Of a stretch of DNA of 64,000 nucleotides, positions 17,147 through 28,837 are shown in pieces (within the stretch, counting starts at the first letter, position 1; every line of letters starts with the position of its first letter). The translations under genes and the position numbers were made by a program. Location: the IMG/VR virus record IMGVR_UViG_3300024294_000597, one strand, 5' to 3'. This stretch comes from a virus. The notes under the pieces are model-generated. The model saw nothing but the letters and a program-made list of their open reading frames with translations. It was not told where the DNA came from and did not search any database.

Positions 17147-20100
17147 TTAGATTTGCTTGTACTCTGCTGTTACAATAACATTACCAGTTGATGGTGAAGC
17201 ACTTGATCCACCGTTACCGATAGATGCTGTTAGTGTTGCGCCACCTGAGGTTGCTGTTTCGTAACCTAGTTCCATAACATAGATTCCACCTTCTGATAGA
17301 TCCACGTCATTAACGCCTACTAGTGTATTTGTACCATCTGAGACAGTTAGTTCATCTGCGCCTACGAAAGCAGTTGTAACTTTTACAGTTATTTTGTTAA
17401 CGTAGTAAGATTTACCAGATACATTAGCGATTGCGCCTACAGTGAATGATGAAGAACCATTCGCCGCAAATGCTACACGCTTAACTCTGTCGTCTGAACC
17501 AGCAGTTGATGAATCAACGTATGATTTAGTAACAAAAGTCTCAGCCGCGCCACCTGACATGTCATAGCCGCTTGGAGCAACTACAAGACCGTCACCTTTT
17601 GGTGCTAGTGTAATATTAACATCTGTTGATGAACCAACACCTGCTAATTGTACTGAGCCTGTACCGTTTGTCATTGTAAAGTTATCAGCCGCTGATGATG
17701 TCTCTACGAATGTAGCGATAGCTGTATCATCTGCACCTTTAACTTGTACATTACCGTCTGCTGAACCACCGTTACCACCTTTGATGATAACTGCGCCAGA
17801 GGCACCAGAAGCCGAACCGTTACCACCTTTGATAACTAAGTCACCTGCCGCACCTGATGATGAATCACCACCTGATACTGTTAGGTCTGTATCTGCTTCA
17901 CCCTGAATTAGAGCTTCACCTGATTGACCTACGATGAATACATCACCACCGTTCTGACCTTGTAGATACATATCTACAGCGCCTGAACCTGATGCATTTT
18001 TGGCTGTTAGTGTTAACTTGCCAGAAGCGTTAGTTAAGTCTAGGAATTCTGCTGTTCCTGATGAGGCGTTTGCCGCATCTACAACTTTAACACCTGATGA
18101 GTTACGTACTTGCTGAATGTATTCCATTGCAAGTGCTGAACCGTCTGATGTCATTACTTTGTTGTCTGAACCTGCAGAAGTGATACCTGTACCACCATTT
18201 GCGATTGGTAAAGTTCCGTCAACGTCTGCTGTTAAATCAACTTTAGCGTAACCTAGAGCACCTGAGCCATTGACTTTAAGTACTGTTGAGTTTGCGCCTA
18301 GAGCCATTTCAGTCACGCCGCCTGAGCCGTCCATAGTCATTAATGATGATGCCGCATAACCTGATGTATCAGTGTGCGTACCACCCATTGACAATGGAAG
18401 TGCCTCTGCTAGTGTGATTTCGTTAACAGTTAGGTCGTTGATAGTTAAGTCAGCTTTAGCTGAACCTACATTCATTTCGAATGCATCTGATGTTTCATTC
18501 CATAGGATTGAAGCATTATCAGAAGTACCACGATTGACTTCTACGCCACCGTTTTCGCTTGGAGCACCAGTTTCATTTGAGTTTAGAACAATAGTGTTGT
18601 CTTCGATGTTTACTGTTTCTGATAGAGTAGTAGTTACTGAACCTGAAACTGTTAAGTCACCGTTTACAACCGCATTGCCTGTTACACTCAATGAAGCTAG
18701 AGTTGAAGCACCAGCGTCAAGTGTATTTGTACCTAAGTCAAGGTTAACACCGAATGTAGCATCTGTATCGTCTAATGTCAATACTGTTGCTGATGTTCCT
18801 GTGTCATCGATACCTGTTGAAGCAAAGTTTGAAACAGTACCACCGTCGATTGCGTCACCAGAGATTTGGTCGTTAGCAACTGTTAGAGTACCTGAAGATA
18901 CATCTAATGTCTTGCCTGCACCAACTGTGATATCGTAACCACCGATTGTGTTTCCTGTAGTACCAGCTAATGAAGCCGCTGAAATTGTACCACCATGTAC
19001 TTTATCACCATTGATTGCATCAGCATCTAATGTTAGAGTCTGACCGCTCATGTCAACATCCGTACCTGAGATATCACCGCCAGTAATAGTAGCGTTACCT
19101 GAGTTTAGGGCTGTTGCTGTAACTGTTGCCAACGAAGCTGTTCCGCCTGTTAGTGTTACATTGTTTGAAGATAAAGTTGAGAAAGTACCAGCCGCCGAAG
19201 TAGCCGCACCGATAACAACACCGTCAATAGCACCACCGTCAAAGTCTACAACTGATGAAGTCAAGTTTGCACCTGAAATCGCACCACCTGTGATTTGAGC
19301 GTTGGCTGTAGTTACTGTTGAACCGGTTACTGCCGCTGGAGTAGTTCCACCGATAATAGTTCCGTCAATAGCACCGCCATTTACGTCAACTGAGTCAGAT
19401 TTCATAGTTGTGAATGTTGCGGCCGCTGATGCGTTAGCACCAATAATTGCTCCGTCAACTGCACCACCATTGATGTCTGCTGAGTCTGTTGTCATTGTTG
19501 AGAACGTAGCCGCCGCTGATGTACCAGCGCCGATTGTTGTTCCGTCTATTGCACCACCGTCGATATCTACTGTACCAGAAGACATTGTATTGATTGTGAT
19601 AGCATTAATTGTACCACCTTCAATTTTGTCACCTGAGATTTGGTCATTTGCTAGAACCAGAGTACCAGCTGATAAATCTGCTGTATCTGATGCGCCTAGT
19701 GTTACACCACCAGTTAGAACACCGTCTTTAATTGATGCACCGTCGATTGTAATACCGTTACCTACTGTGTTTTCAGCTAAAGTATCCGCTTTTACTGTAC
19801 CTGTGAAAGTTGCATCTGAACCTGTCACTGCATTATCAAATGTAATGCCTGCGCCGTTTGATAGTTCTGCGATGTTATCAACTGAGATTGAGTCCATTGC
19901 TTGTGAACCAATTTTTAGGTCTGCTAGTGCAGTGCCTACTTTGAATTCCCAAACGTCATCTGTCTCATTCCACTGTAGAGTTGCATTGTCGGCTGTACCT
20001 CTGTCAATCTCAATACCAGCTGTACCGGCTGTTACGCCTGCCGCTGTTTCACCGTTGTTTAGAACGATTGAGTTGTCAGTGATTTCAGTGTTAGTTGTGT

Positions 20101-21931
20101 TAATTGATGTTAGAGTACCGTTAACTGTTAAGTCACCAGTTACTGTTACATCACCACCGAATGAAGCATCACCGTTAGCATCTAGTGTTAGTGCTGTTGA
20201 TGTTGCATTATCATCGATACCTGTTGATGCGAAGTCGGAAATAGTTCCGCCATCGATTTTGTCACCTGAGATAGCATCGTTATCGAATGTCAGTGTTTGA
20301 CCTGTCATATCGATTGATGTACCTGATACAGAACCACCTGTGATAGCCGCGCCTGCAGTTGTCATAGTTGAGAATGTACCTGCCGCTGATGTAGATGCAC
20401 CAATGATTGTTGCGTCTACTGTACCACCGTTAATGTCTGCGGTTGTCAATGTTGCGTCTGCGAATGTTGAAGTACCAGTTGCTGTTACGCCAGCATCTTT
20501 TAGTGATACGCCATCAATAGTAACACCATTACCTACAGTTTTTTCACTGATTGTGTCAACGTTTAGAGTATCAGTTGTTGTTGAACCTGCACCTGAGATG
20601 CCTGCACCAGCAACGTTAATACCTTGTGTTGTAACGATTAGTGAGTTGAAAGTAATGTCGCCACCGTTAGTGTACGCTTCGATTTCATCAACTTTTAGAG
20701 TTCCAGTTACGTTAGCATCTGCAAAAGTGGCATTCGCCGCCGTTGTAGCACCAATAACTGTTGCGTCAATGTTACCACCGTTAACGTCAACTGAGTCAGA
20801 TGTCATTGTTGAGAATGTACCTGCCGCTGATGTTGTTGCACCGATGATTACGTTGTCCATTGCTGAACCTGCCGCACCGTCTACGTCTAGTGTTCCGTCA
20901 ACGTCTAGTGTTTTACCAGCACCAACAGTTACATCAAACTGAGAGATAGTTACGCCTGTGCCACCTTGTAGGTTTGCAGAGTCGATTGTACCACCAGAAA
21001 TAACGTCACCTGATAATTGGTCGTTTGCTAGAGTTAATGTACCACCTGATAGGTCTACAGTACCACCAGTAATTGCTACTGAGTTAGCATCTTGTACAGA
21101 CATTGAACCTAGGCCCAAGTTTGAACGTGCTGTAGCTTTACCTGATGTTTGTGATGCATCTACACCTAAGCCACCGTTGGCTAAGCCTAGAGCACCTGAC
21201 ACTGCATCTGATGATGTTAGGTCAACTGCGCCATATGCCACACCGCCTGAACCATCTGATAATAGTGATTGACCAGTTGTTGTAGTACCTTTGATTGTTA
21301 GTTCATCTGAACCATTAACCATGATGTAAGTACCATCAACGTTTACGTTTAGTGTATTACCTGCTTTTGATAAGGCGTCACCAGCTGTGATTTGGCCTGT
21401 ACCTGTAAATTTAGTGAATACGATGTTTGATGAACCAACTGTAATTGGACCATCAGAAGTCATAACGTAACCTTGGTCTGAGTTTACTGTACCTTCTTCA
21501 ACAAAGAAGAATGCACCAACGAATTCGCCAGCCGCGTCCATGTCTGATGCTCTTGTTAGACCACTAGATGCATATTCGTAGATACCGTTTTCGCTTTGTG
21601 TTGTTTGATCCTTTAGAAGGACTCTGTCACCAGCATTTAAGTTTACACCGTCAAGTGTACTTGCTGGAGTAGAAATGTTTACGACACCAGTTGAAGCAAC
21701 ACGCACTGAGTCTTTTACATCAAGACCTTGTGCTACTGAATCAACATAGCTTTTGTTTGCCGCATGGTTGTCCGCTGTAGGTGTTGCTACGTTCATGTTG
21801 CCAAGTGTAGTACCGTCAGTTGTTACTTTGAACAGGGAATTACCTGAATCATATACAACACGACCGCCCGACTTACCGAACTGAACATCAGCACCAATAC
21901 CACGGATACCAAAGTTTTTAATGTCAGCCAT
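17147..21931 (-). CDS. Large G/T/A/D-rich virion fibre/decoration protein
   Basis: KSYVDSVAQGLDVKDSVRVAS...GDRVLLKDQT...ENGIY domain; repeated GGxIDGTxIG units; strong RBS. Confidence 0.8.
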   Translation of the reverse strand: MADIKNFGIRGIGADVQFGKSGGRVVYDSGNSLFKVTTDGTTLGNMNVATPTADNHAANKSYVDSVAQGLDVKDSVRVASTGVVNISTPASTLDGVNLNAGDRVLLKDQTTQSENGIYEYASSGLTRASDMDAAGEFVGAFFFVEEGTVNSDQGYVMTSDGPITVGSSNIVFTKFTGTGQITAGDALSKAGNTLNVNVDGTYIMVNGSDELTIKGTTTTGQSLLSDGSGGVAYGAVDLTSSDAVSGALGLANGGLGVDASQTSGKATARSNLGLGSMSVQDANSVAITGGTVDLSGGTLTLANDQLSGDVISGGTIDSANLQGGTGVTISQFDVTVGAGKTLDVDGTLDVDGAAGSAMDNVIIGATTSAAGTFSTMTSDSVDVNGGNIDATVIGATTAANATFADANVTGTLKVDEIEAYTNGGDITFNSLIVTTQGINVAGAGISGAGSTTTDTLNVDTISEKTVGNGVTIDGVSLKDAGVTATGTSTFADATLTTADINGGTVDATIIGASTSAAGTFSTMTTAGAAITGGSVSGTSIDMTGQTLTFDNDAISGDKIDGGTISDFASTGIDDNATSTALTLDANGDASFGGDVTVTGDLTVNGTLTSINTTNTEITDNSIVLNNGETAAGVTAGTAGIEIDRGTADNATLQWNETDDVWEFKVGTALADLKIGSQAMDSISVDNIAELSNGAGITFDNAVTGSDATFTGTVKADTLAENTVGNGITIDGASIKDGVLTGGVTLGASDTADLSAGTLVLANDQISGDKIEGGTINAITINTMSSGTVDIDGGAIDGTTIGAGTSAAATFSTMTTDSADINGGAVDGAIIGANASAAATFTTMKSDSVDVNGGAIDGTIIGGTTPAAVTGSTVTTANAQITGGAISGANLTSSVVDFDGGAIDGVVIGAATSAAGTFSTLSSNNVTLTGGTASLATVTATALNSGNATITGGDISGTDVDMSGQTLTLDADAINGDKVHGGTISAASLAGTTGNTIGGYDITVGAGKTLDVSSGTLTVANDQISGDAIDGGTVSNFASTGIDDTGTSATVLTLDDTDATFGVNLDLGTNTLDAGASTLASLSVTGNAVVNGDLTVSGSVTTTLSETVNIEDNTIVLNSNETGAPSENGGVEVNRGTSDNASILWNETSDAFEMNVGSAKADLTINDLTVNEITLAEALPLSMGGTHTDTSGYAASSLMTMDGSGGVTEMALGANSTVLKVNGSGALGYAKVDLTADVDGTLPIANGGTGITSAGSDNKVMTSDGSALAMEYIQQVRNSSGVKVVDAANASSGTAEFLDLTNASGKLTLTAKNASGSGAVDMYLQGQNGGDVFIVGQSGEALIQGEADTDLTVSGGDSSSGAAGDLVIKGGNGSASGASGAVIIKGGNGGSADGNVQVKGADDTAIATFVETSSAADNFTMTNGTGSVQLAGVGSSTDVNITLAPKGDGLVVAPSGYDMSGGAAETFVTKSYVDSSTAGSDDRVKRVAFAANGSSSFTVGAIANVSGKSYYVNKITVKVTTAFVGADELTVSDGTNTLVGVNDVDLSEGGIYVMELGYETATSGGATLTASIGNGGSSASPSTGNVIVTAEYKQI

Positions 21932-22145
21932 AATTTGTTTCTCCTTAGAATAATAGCTTATTAAGGTTAAGACATATAATATTGAATATACAATACGCCT
22001 ATCTATATTTTCTCAATTTTATTTGAAATGTAATTACCGGAAGAAACCTCAGTAATGATAAGAGATTAAGAACATCAGGCGAAAGCCCGGTAAAACTCTT
22101 ACTGATAGTATTTAGCTGTTAGATTAGTTATGTTTTATACGTAGT

Positions 22146-24191
22146 TTATACGTATGTTACTGTGACTTTGACTTCGCCAGCGTTTGCATTTAGATGTTTC
22201 AGTGAACATTTAATTTCTAATTCGGTTGCACCTTCATAATGAAAATCTGGAGTTGTAGTATATGAACCCCCACCTTCAATATCGTTTTGGTCCTCTGTCA
22301 TAAATCTGCTAGGGTCCGCAGTAGTGCCTATTTCCAATGATGGTATTTGATTTGTTGGACCACCTGCATACCCACTTAAAGGAGTAATAACTTCAACTAG
22401 AACACTTACAACCCTAGAGTTATCTGATATACGACCTAGAGTTACAACTTCTGTAGTACCAAATGAACTACTTGGCATTGTATATGTGTGTGATAGAGAA
22501 TTTGCATCTGTAGAAGCACTATCTTGGGTAGCAACAATATTCCATTGTGAACCATCCCATACGTGCATTGCCCATTCACCTTGTCCAGTGTCAAGAATAT
22601 AGACGCTATCACCTGGTAATTTAACTGGAATAGCATCACGGGCCGCTATATTAGAAACAACTGTAGTTCCTGCTTTACGAACACCTTGTTCAACGTTTAG
22701 GCCAACAGCATAAGAACCAGTATGCCCACTCAAAATACCGAAATCAGTAGTTGATGAACCCACAGTATCTTGTATTATTATTTCACCGCCGTCATTTCTT
22801 TCTAATTGTAGAACAAATACGTTTGAACTACCTGCGTAAGATGTACCTAATGATGCACAAGAATTCATGCCTGCAAAGTTATTATTGTTTGCATCTGGTG
22901 ATGTATTGGCAATAGTAATAGCACTACCTTGTGCGTGACTTATTACTAAGTTTCCTGAATTTACTGATGCTGTAATATCAGTAATACCTGCCGCATTAAT
23001 ATCTGCGGCCATATCGTCTGCAATAGCAACTGCCATACCATATGCGGCTTGTCCTGCCGCTGTCGTACTAAAGTTTACTACTGAACCATTTATTGCGGCC
23101 GAGAACGGTGCAAATCCGCCGATAAGACCGTATGCTGAACCATATGTGTTGATATCTGATGTTATTTCATTTGGTGCTGGGCTTGCCGATGCTGTTACTT
23201 TATGTATTGAAGTTTTTGTATTAATATCTTGTACAGCATTTTGTACACTTACAACCCCTAAACTACTTGTTATGAATACAACATCTTCACCGTTAATAGA
23301 CATAGTGTCGCCTGCTGTTGCTTGTCCGTTAATTACAGTACCACGTGTTGTACTGGGAACTGCATCTACAAGTTTTAAGAAAATAGCAACACCGGTATCT
23401 GATAAAGTTAAATCTCCTGAACCATCAACTGCTGGATAAACAAAATCACCTTTAGTTCCAGGCAACCCTGGTACAAAATCAATAACACCATTGGCAGGCC
23501 TTAAAAGAAATCTGTTTGGTCCTGGTCCCGGGTGAGTTACAGTTCCGCATAATCTTTCAATATTACTAGGAGACGCTAATTCAAAATCTCCAGTTGTCCC
23601 ATTAAGACAAATAACATCGCCTTCTTCAAATCCATTATTAGGTTGTTCAAGTACATAGTTCATTTGTGGGTTTAGATATTTGAAACGTGAATTAACATTT
23701 GCGTAGAAGTCACTTGAAACAATACCAGTTGGTAGTGGATCCAACATAGGATCACCTTCTTCATTAATTTGAAATACTACTGCACCACCTGGTACGTTAA
23801 ATATGCCTGTACCTGATGCACTTCTGAATGTGTTATATCTTAATCTGTCTTCTACTTGACATGTTATCGTGAATGCTGTTTTTTGTGAAATACTTACAAT
23901 TTGTAACGCACGACCATCAGTCGCACCTGCGATAAAATCACCTACTACAATATCATAACCGTTAAACGCCCTTGGTGTTCTAGTTAAATGAGAACCATGC
24001 TGTACTGTTGTTACAGTCATATTTATTTCCCATCTATATGATTTGGCGTTACCGCCACCTGACCACCATGGGTCTCCTTTGCCATCATCATACTCCCAAT
24101 TAGCTAGTGGAGTTGCTGATAAGACATTGCAGGGAAGAACTTTTGCTGGGACGTTTAGGTCGATTGCACTAGTCTTATAATTAATCGCCAT
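22146..24191 (-). CDS. Virion structural protein
   Basis: 681 aa, beta-rich, inside the structural cluster. Confidence 0.65.
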   Translation of the reverse strand: MAINYKTSAIDLNVPAKVLPCNVLSATPLANWEYDDGKGDPWWSGGGNAKSYRWEINMTVTTVQHGSHLTRTPRAFNGYDIVVGDFIAGATDGRALQIVSISQKTAFTITCQVEDRLRYNTFRSASGTGIFNVPGGAVVFQINEEGDPMLDPLPTGIVSSDFYANVNSRFKYLNPQMNYVLEQPNNGFEEGDVICLNGTTGDFELASPSNIERLCGTVTHPGPGPNRFLLRPANGVIDFVPGLPGTKGDFVYPAVDGSGDLTLSDTGVAIFLKLVDAVPSTTRGTVINGQATAGDTMSINGEDVVFITSSLGVVSVQNAVQDINTKTSIHKVTASASPAPNEITSDINTYGSAYGLIGGFAPFSAAINGSVVNFSTTAAGQAAYGMAVAIADDMAADINAAGITDITASVNSGNLVISHAQGSAITIANTSPDANNNNFAGMNSCASLGTSYAGSSNVFVLQLERNDGGEIIIQDTVGSSTTDFGILSGHTGSYAVGLNVEQGVRKAGTTVVSNIAARDAIPVKLPGDSVYILDTGQGEWAMHVWDGSQWNIVATQDSASTDANSLSHTYTMPSSSFGTTEVVTLGRISDNSRVVSVLVEVITPLSGYAGGPTNQIPSLEIGTTADPSRFMTEDQNDIEGGGSYTTTPDFHYEGATELEIKCSLKHLNANAGEVKVTVTYV

Positions 24192-24208
24192 TCAAATTAT
24201 TCCTATTC

Positions 24209-27200
24209 TTACATCATTGTAAACATGACCCATGCATGGGTATCAGTACCAAATGAACGAGATGCGCCGGTGTCTGCTTCTCTAAGTTTCAATGTAACTG
24301 TTGATGACCCTAGTGAACCAAATGCTGTTGGAGAACCGGCTGAACCGCCACCCGCTACTTTACGAGTTGATATATCTTTGTTCAGTGGCATTATAACGTA
24401 TTCATTTGAGCCTCTTGCATAGCCATATATTAATATATTAGCTGGCGGATAACTATGCCCTGAGAAAGTAATCTCAACGTCACCGCCTGTAGTTGATAAA
24501 ATTGTTGCACTTACACCACTTGAAGTGTTTGATATAGAACTCAAACTACCGTTAGTTGCATAATTTAATTTAAATTTCTCAGTAGAAGTTCCACCTCCAC
24601 CTCCACCACCAGATGCCGGAGCCGCTGGAGCATATGAATTGTTACTACTGTTCCACGTTAATACATCGCCATTATTTGGTGTATCTGTGGCAACATCTGA
24701 TAATTCTGTAATTGATTCGCTTGTTAAGTCAGTTGTGCTACCTGATGTAGCAACAAATTTTGTTCCGTCCCATGCTAAGTAATCGCCTGTGCTAACACCT
24801 GATATGTTTACATCTTGGAAGTCGCCAACAGAAGAACTTGATAAGTCTGGTGTACCGCCTGTTTCATTGACTGGTGCCCATTCTGAGCCTGACCATTTTA
24901 ATATTTGTCCCGTACTCGGAGCGTTAGCTGATACGTTTTGTAAATCGCCGATATTTGCATTCAATGAGAACACATCAGAATTTAACTGTAAACCAGTTCC
25001 TGCTGTGTATGTGTCACCTAGTAGATTTCCGGTATCTGTTAAGTCATCGATATCTGTAGGTATAGTTGGCTTATTCTTTATGTTTGTCCAATCCATTACG
25101 TCTTGGCTGTTGAACATCAAGTTTGCGCCAGTAGTATTAAGTGTGTTATTACCAATGTATAATGAGTTATCACTTAAGAACAAGTGTCTAATCTTTTTAG
25201 ATGCACTACCAATATCATATGTTTCAGTTGTATCTGGTAAGATATGAAAATCAAACTGACCCATATATGATTCAACATCTGAGTCACCGTATGATGAACC
25301 ACCGCCACCTGTTACAGTTGAGAATGTAAAGTTACCCGAACCATCAGTTGTAAGAACTTGGCCACTAGTACCAGAAGGCATAGTCAAATCGCTCAATGTA
25401 CTTGGTATCAAACTATTTGAGTCTGCTAACTGATTAATGTCTGTAATCGCTGTAGGCTTGCCTGTCAAGTCACTATAAGCACCGCTAAATGCATCTGTGA
25501 TGCCATAGCCTGCTAAGGTCGATGGTGTACTTGTTACATTGCTCCATGCTATAGATGATGCATTGCCTAATAAATTACTATTATCAGTTAGGTCACCCAA
25601 ATCTACTGGAATGCTTGGTTTGTTTGATAAAGATACATAGTTACCATCGAATGTAGTAAATCCTGTATCATTAGTCAAATCACTTACTTTAGATGGTATT
25701 GTTGGTTTACCAATCAAATCTGAATATATACCACTAAACGTACTAAAGTTAGTTAAGTTTGGAGGAGTATATGTGAACACACCTGACGCTGAACTATATG
25801 TAAGTGAACCATTACCACTTGCATTTTGTTGAGAAACAGAAACTGCCGTTCTTGCATCTGCATCTGAATATGTTGAACCACCACCTGTAGAAGCGATAGT
25901 TAATATACCACCTGCTCCTGGTGTGATAGTAATGTTTGCACCTGGCAATAGTTGTGAACCTAGTCTTTGGTCTACTCTTGAATCTGTATAATAAAGATTA
26001 TTCGTACCTTCAGTAATTATATCACTGTTAGTTGCTTGAATTCTTGAATCTACACGTGAATCTTTATAGTAAAGATTAGTCGAACCTTCTGCTAATGCAT
26101 CTGTGCTTGTCAGTACTAAATCATCGTCTGGTTCAAATCTATTTGCTGATGCGTTCCATTTTAGAACTTGTCCGTCAGTTAAGCCTGCTGTACTCACATC
26201 AAGTAAGTCATTTATACCTGCATTTAATGTAAACTCGCCGCTTACACTATTGTATTGTAAACCGACGCCTGCACTTAAATCTGTTAAGGCTATTCCTGCA
26301 CCACCAGTTGAAGTTGAGTCAGGCGATGCCGCCCATTGCGACCCATCCCATTTTAGAACTTCACCAGTTGCTGGAGTACTTGAACTTACGTTTGTCAGGT
26401 CACTTAATGATAAATCTAAATTCTGAATTGTAGCACCATTGAAGTCTACTGTACCTGAGAATGATGATGAACCATTTGATGAAATATTACCACCGAAACC
26501 TGCTGAACCACTCGTATTATCAAGTAGAACATTACCGTTAGTATCGTATAGTTTACCTTCGAATGCATTTGCTGTAACTGTAGTTGTTGTAGTAATACGA
26601 TTAAATGTTACATCGTCTGTAGTAGCAAGTGATTGGTCAGAAACAACTGCCTGAGAATATTCATACTGATTGTTAAGGTTGTTCCATACTAGAGTATCAC
26701 CGTTTGATGGATTATTCAGTCTATCAACATTTGATAAATGCTGTATGCTAGGATAAGAGTTTACCCACGCTGTACCGCTCCATTGCAATGATTGATATTG
26801 CTGTGTGTTTGCAATCGTTGTGTCCGATGCACCAGCGATTGAACCAGATAGATTTACTGTCTGATTTTCCCATTCACCTGATGTATTATTATATACTAAG
26901 AACTGACCATCTGTTGTGCCTGTTACTGTAACGTCATCTAAGTCATCTATAGTTTGCACAGAAGACCCACCAAGTGATGATAGGTCTACAGTATTACCAT
27001 TTGCTATAGTTAAGATATTGGTTGAAGTATCGAATGATAGAGTTTGGTTGTCTGTGTCTGTAAACATACCAGAAAAATCTACTGTATTACTTCCTGAGAT
27101 ACTTAATTGTGTTCCAGCTAAAGATAGTGACTGAGCGCCTGCGCCCGATAAACTTGATAAATCAACCCCATTGCCTCCAGATATCGATAAGGTCGTACCT

Positions 27201-28825
27201 GAAAATAGAAGTGTTTGGTTTGAAGGAATTGTTGGTTGATTTGATAGAGAATTATAATCTCCGTCGAATACACTACCTGGCATCCAGTGTCCCATTGACT
27301 GCGACCAAACTAATGCTTGACCGTTAGTTGGGATATGTCCTGGTGTCGTTGTATCTACGTCTGCCAATCCATTAAGGTCGGCCGCGCCAGCGCCACCACC
27401 TGCTAATGATGATAAGTCTACGTAGTTACCATTTGCTATGGTTAATCTGTTATTATTAGTGTCGAAAGATAATGTTTGATTATCTGTATCGGTGAACATA
27501 CCTGAGAAATCTACAGTGTTGCCACCTGATATCGAAAGTTGTGTTCCAGCTAATGTTAAATTCTGTGTCGTGCCTGCTAATAGGCTAGTTGTATCTGTTA
27601 AGTCTGATACATCTGCTGGTATTGTAGGCTTATTAGTTAGGCTATTATAGTCAGTACTGATAAGTGAACCAATGTCAACTGTGTTACCAGAAGAAATTGC
27701 TATCTGTGTGCCGTTTAAAGAAAGTGTTTGTGGAGTAGAGTTGCCTCCTCCTCCTGCACCTGTTGGATCAGCGGCTACCCACTGACTGCCGTTGTAAGTT
27801 AGTACTTGTCCTGTTGTACCTGATACAGTAAGTGTATCAGCCGCGACCGCAGTACCTTGGAATGTTTCAGCGTAAATATCATTATATTTGTATGTTGAAG
27901 AACCAATATCAAAAGTATTTGTTACTGTCGGTACAGTTGATTGGTCTAATCTTACAAATGGGTCATCATCATTGTATGTTGGTAATTGAACTGTATTACC
28001 GCCTGATATAGTAAGGGCCGTTCCCAATAAAGTAAGGCTTTGTGGAACACCAGCGTTACCGCCACCGCCACCGCCTGTAGGTTGTGAAGCAACCCAAGTA
28101 GAACCGTTCCATGTTAGTACATCACCTTGAGCAGTACCTACTAATGCTAGATTTTCTGCTAATACGGCAGTACCTTGGAATGTCTCTGCATAAATGTCAT
28201 TAAATCTTCTGGATGAAGAACCTAAATCAAATGTATTGTCTACAGTTGGTACGCTATGAGCATCTACTCTTAAGTATTTTGCGTCACTTTCTGTTTTTGA
28301 ATAAACATTAAGATTTGTTCTTGCTTGATTTTTGTCGGTTAAATCAGATAAATTGTTTGCAATCTCTAAACTGCCTGATAAACTTGCTGTTAGCGTAATA
28401 GTAAGAGTATCGTTTGCTTCTGCTATTGCAAGACCGCTACCTACACTAATACTTTTTGCTTCAAGTACATCACCTGATATTGAATTACCTTTAATAATTC
28501 CTAGTCCAGTACCAAGATTGGTACCACTAGATAAGCCTGCGGCAGATGCCGCAACATCAAATACTAAGGCTTGTCCGTTGTCTGTAATTGTTAAATTTGT
28601 GCCGGCTACAAGACTTTTTAATTCTAGGGCTGTTCCTGTCGCCTGTCCTAATCCAACTCCAGTACCTATGTTCGATACTGTTGTTAAACCAGCGCCGCCA
28701 GATGCACCCGTATTAGTTGCGTTTACAAACGCATTTTCACTAGCATCATAAACTAATATTTGGCTGTCCGACAAATTGCCAACTAGTTTAAATGTAGGAC
28801 TAAATGGTTGTGCGTTAATGCTCAT
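24209..28825 (-). CDS. Tail-fibre-like repeat protein
   Basis: Repeats of L.DL.DV...GQVLKWDG and QTLSLAGTQLSISGGNTVD; YxxLxNKPTIP units. Confidence 0.8.
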   Translation of the reverse strand: MSINAQPFSPTFKLVGNLSDSQILVYDASENAFVNATNTGASGGAGLTTVSNIGTGVGLGQATGTALELKSLVAGTNLTITDNGQALVFDVAASAAGLSSGTNLGTGLGIIKGNSISGDVLEAKSISVGSGLAIAEANDTLTITLTASLSGSLEIANNLSDLTDKNQARTNLNVYSKTESDAKYLRVDAHSVPTVDNTFDLGSSSRRFNDIYAETFQGTAVLAENLALVGTAQGDVLTWNGSTWVASQPTGGGGGGNAGVPQSLTLLGTALTISGGNTVQLPTYNDDDPFVRLDQSTVPTVTNTFDIGSSTYKYNDIYAETFQGTAVAADTLTVSGTTGQVLTYNGSQWVAADPTGAGGGGNSTPQTLSLNGTQIAISSGNTVDIGSLISTDYNSLTNKPTIPADVSDLTDTTSLLAGTTQNLTLAGTQLSISGGNTVDFSGMFTDTDNQTLSFDTNNNRLTIANGNYVDLSSLAGGGAGAADLNGLADVDTTTPGHIPTNGQALVWSQSMGHWMPGSVFDGDYNSLSNQPTIPSNQTLLFSGTTLSISGGNGVDLSSLSGAGAQSLSLAGTQLSISGSNTVDFSGMFTDTDNQTLSFDTSTNILTIANGNTVDLSSLGGSSVQTIDDLDDVTVTGTTDGQFLVYNNTSGEWENQTVNLSGSIAGASDTTIANTQQYQSLQWSGTAWVNSYPSIQHLSNVDRLNNPSNGDTLVWNNLNNQYEYSQAVVSDQSLATTDDVTFNRITTTTTVTANAFEGKLYDTNGNVLLDNTSGSAGFGGNISSNGSSSFSGTVDFNGATIQNLDLSLSDLTNVSSSTPATGEVLKWDGSQWAASPDSTSTGGAGIALTDLSAGVGLQYNSVSGEFTLNAGINDLLDVSTAGLTDGQVLKWNASANRFEPDDDLVLTSTDALAEGSTNLYYKDSRVDSRIQATNSDIITEGTNNLYYTDSRVDQRLGSQLLPGANITITPGAGGILTIASTGGGSTYSDADARTAVSVSQQNASGNGSLTYSSASGVFTYTPPNLTNFSTFSGIYSDLIGKPTIPSKVSDLTNDTGFTTFDGNYVSLSNKPSIPVDLGDLTDNSNLLGNASSIAWSNVTSTPSTLAGYGITDAFSGAYSDLTGKPTAITDINQLADSNSLIPSTLSDLTMPSGTSGQVLTTDGSGNFTFSTVTGGGGSSYGDSDVESYMGQFDFHILPDTTETYDIGSASKKIRHLFLSDNSLYIGNNTLNTTGANLMFNSQDVMDWTNIKNKPTIPTDIDDLTDTGNLLGDTYTAGTGLQLNSDVFSLNANIGDLQNVSANAPSTGQILKWSGSEWAPVNETGGTPDLSSSSVGDFQDVNISGVSTGDYLAWDGTKFVATSGSTTDLTSESITELSDVATDTPNNGDVLTWNSSNNSYAPAAPASGGGGGGGTSTEKFKLNYATNGSLSSISNTSSGVSATILSTTGGDVEITFSGHSYPPANILIYGYARGSNEYVIMPLNKDISTRKVAGGGSAGSPTAFGSLGSSTVTLKLREADTGASRSFGTDTHAWVMFTMM

Positions 28826-28837
28826 ATCTGTGTTCCT

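Noticed and set aside
18372-28751. Numerous long plus-strand ORFs
   Set aside because: Antisense shadows of Gly/Thr/Ala/Ser-rich fibre genes, without RBS or motifs
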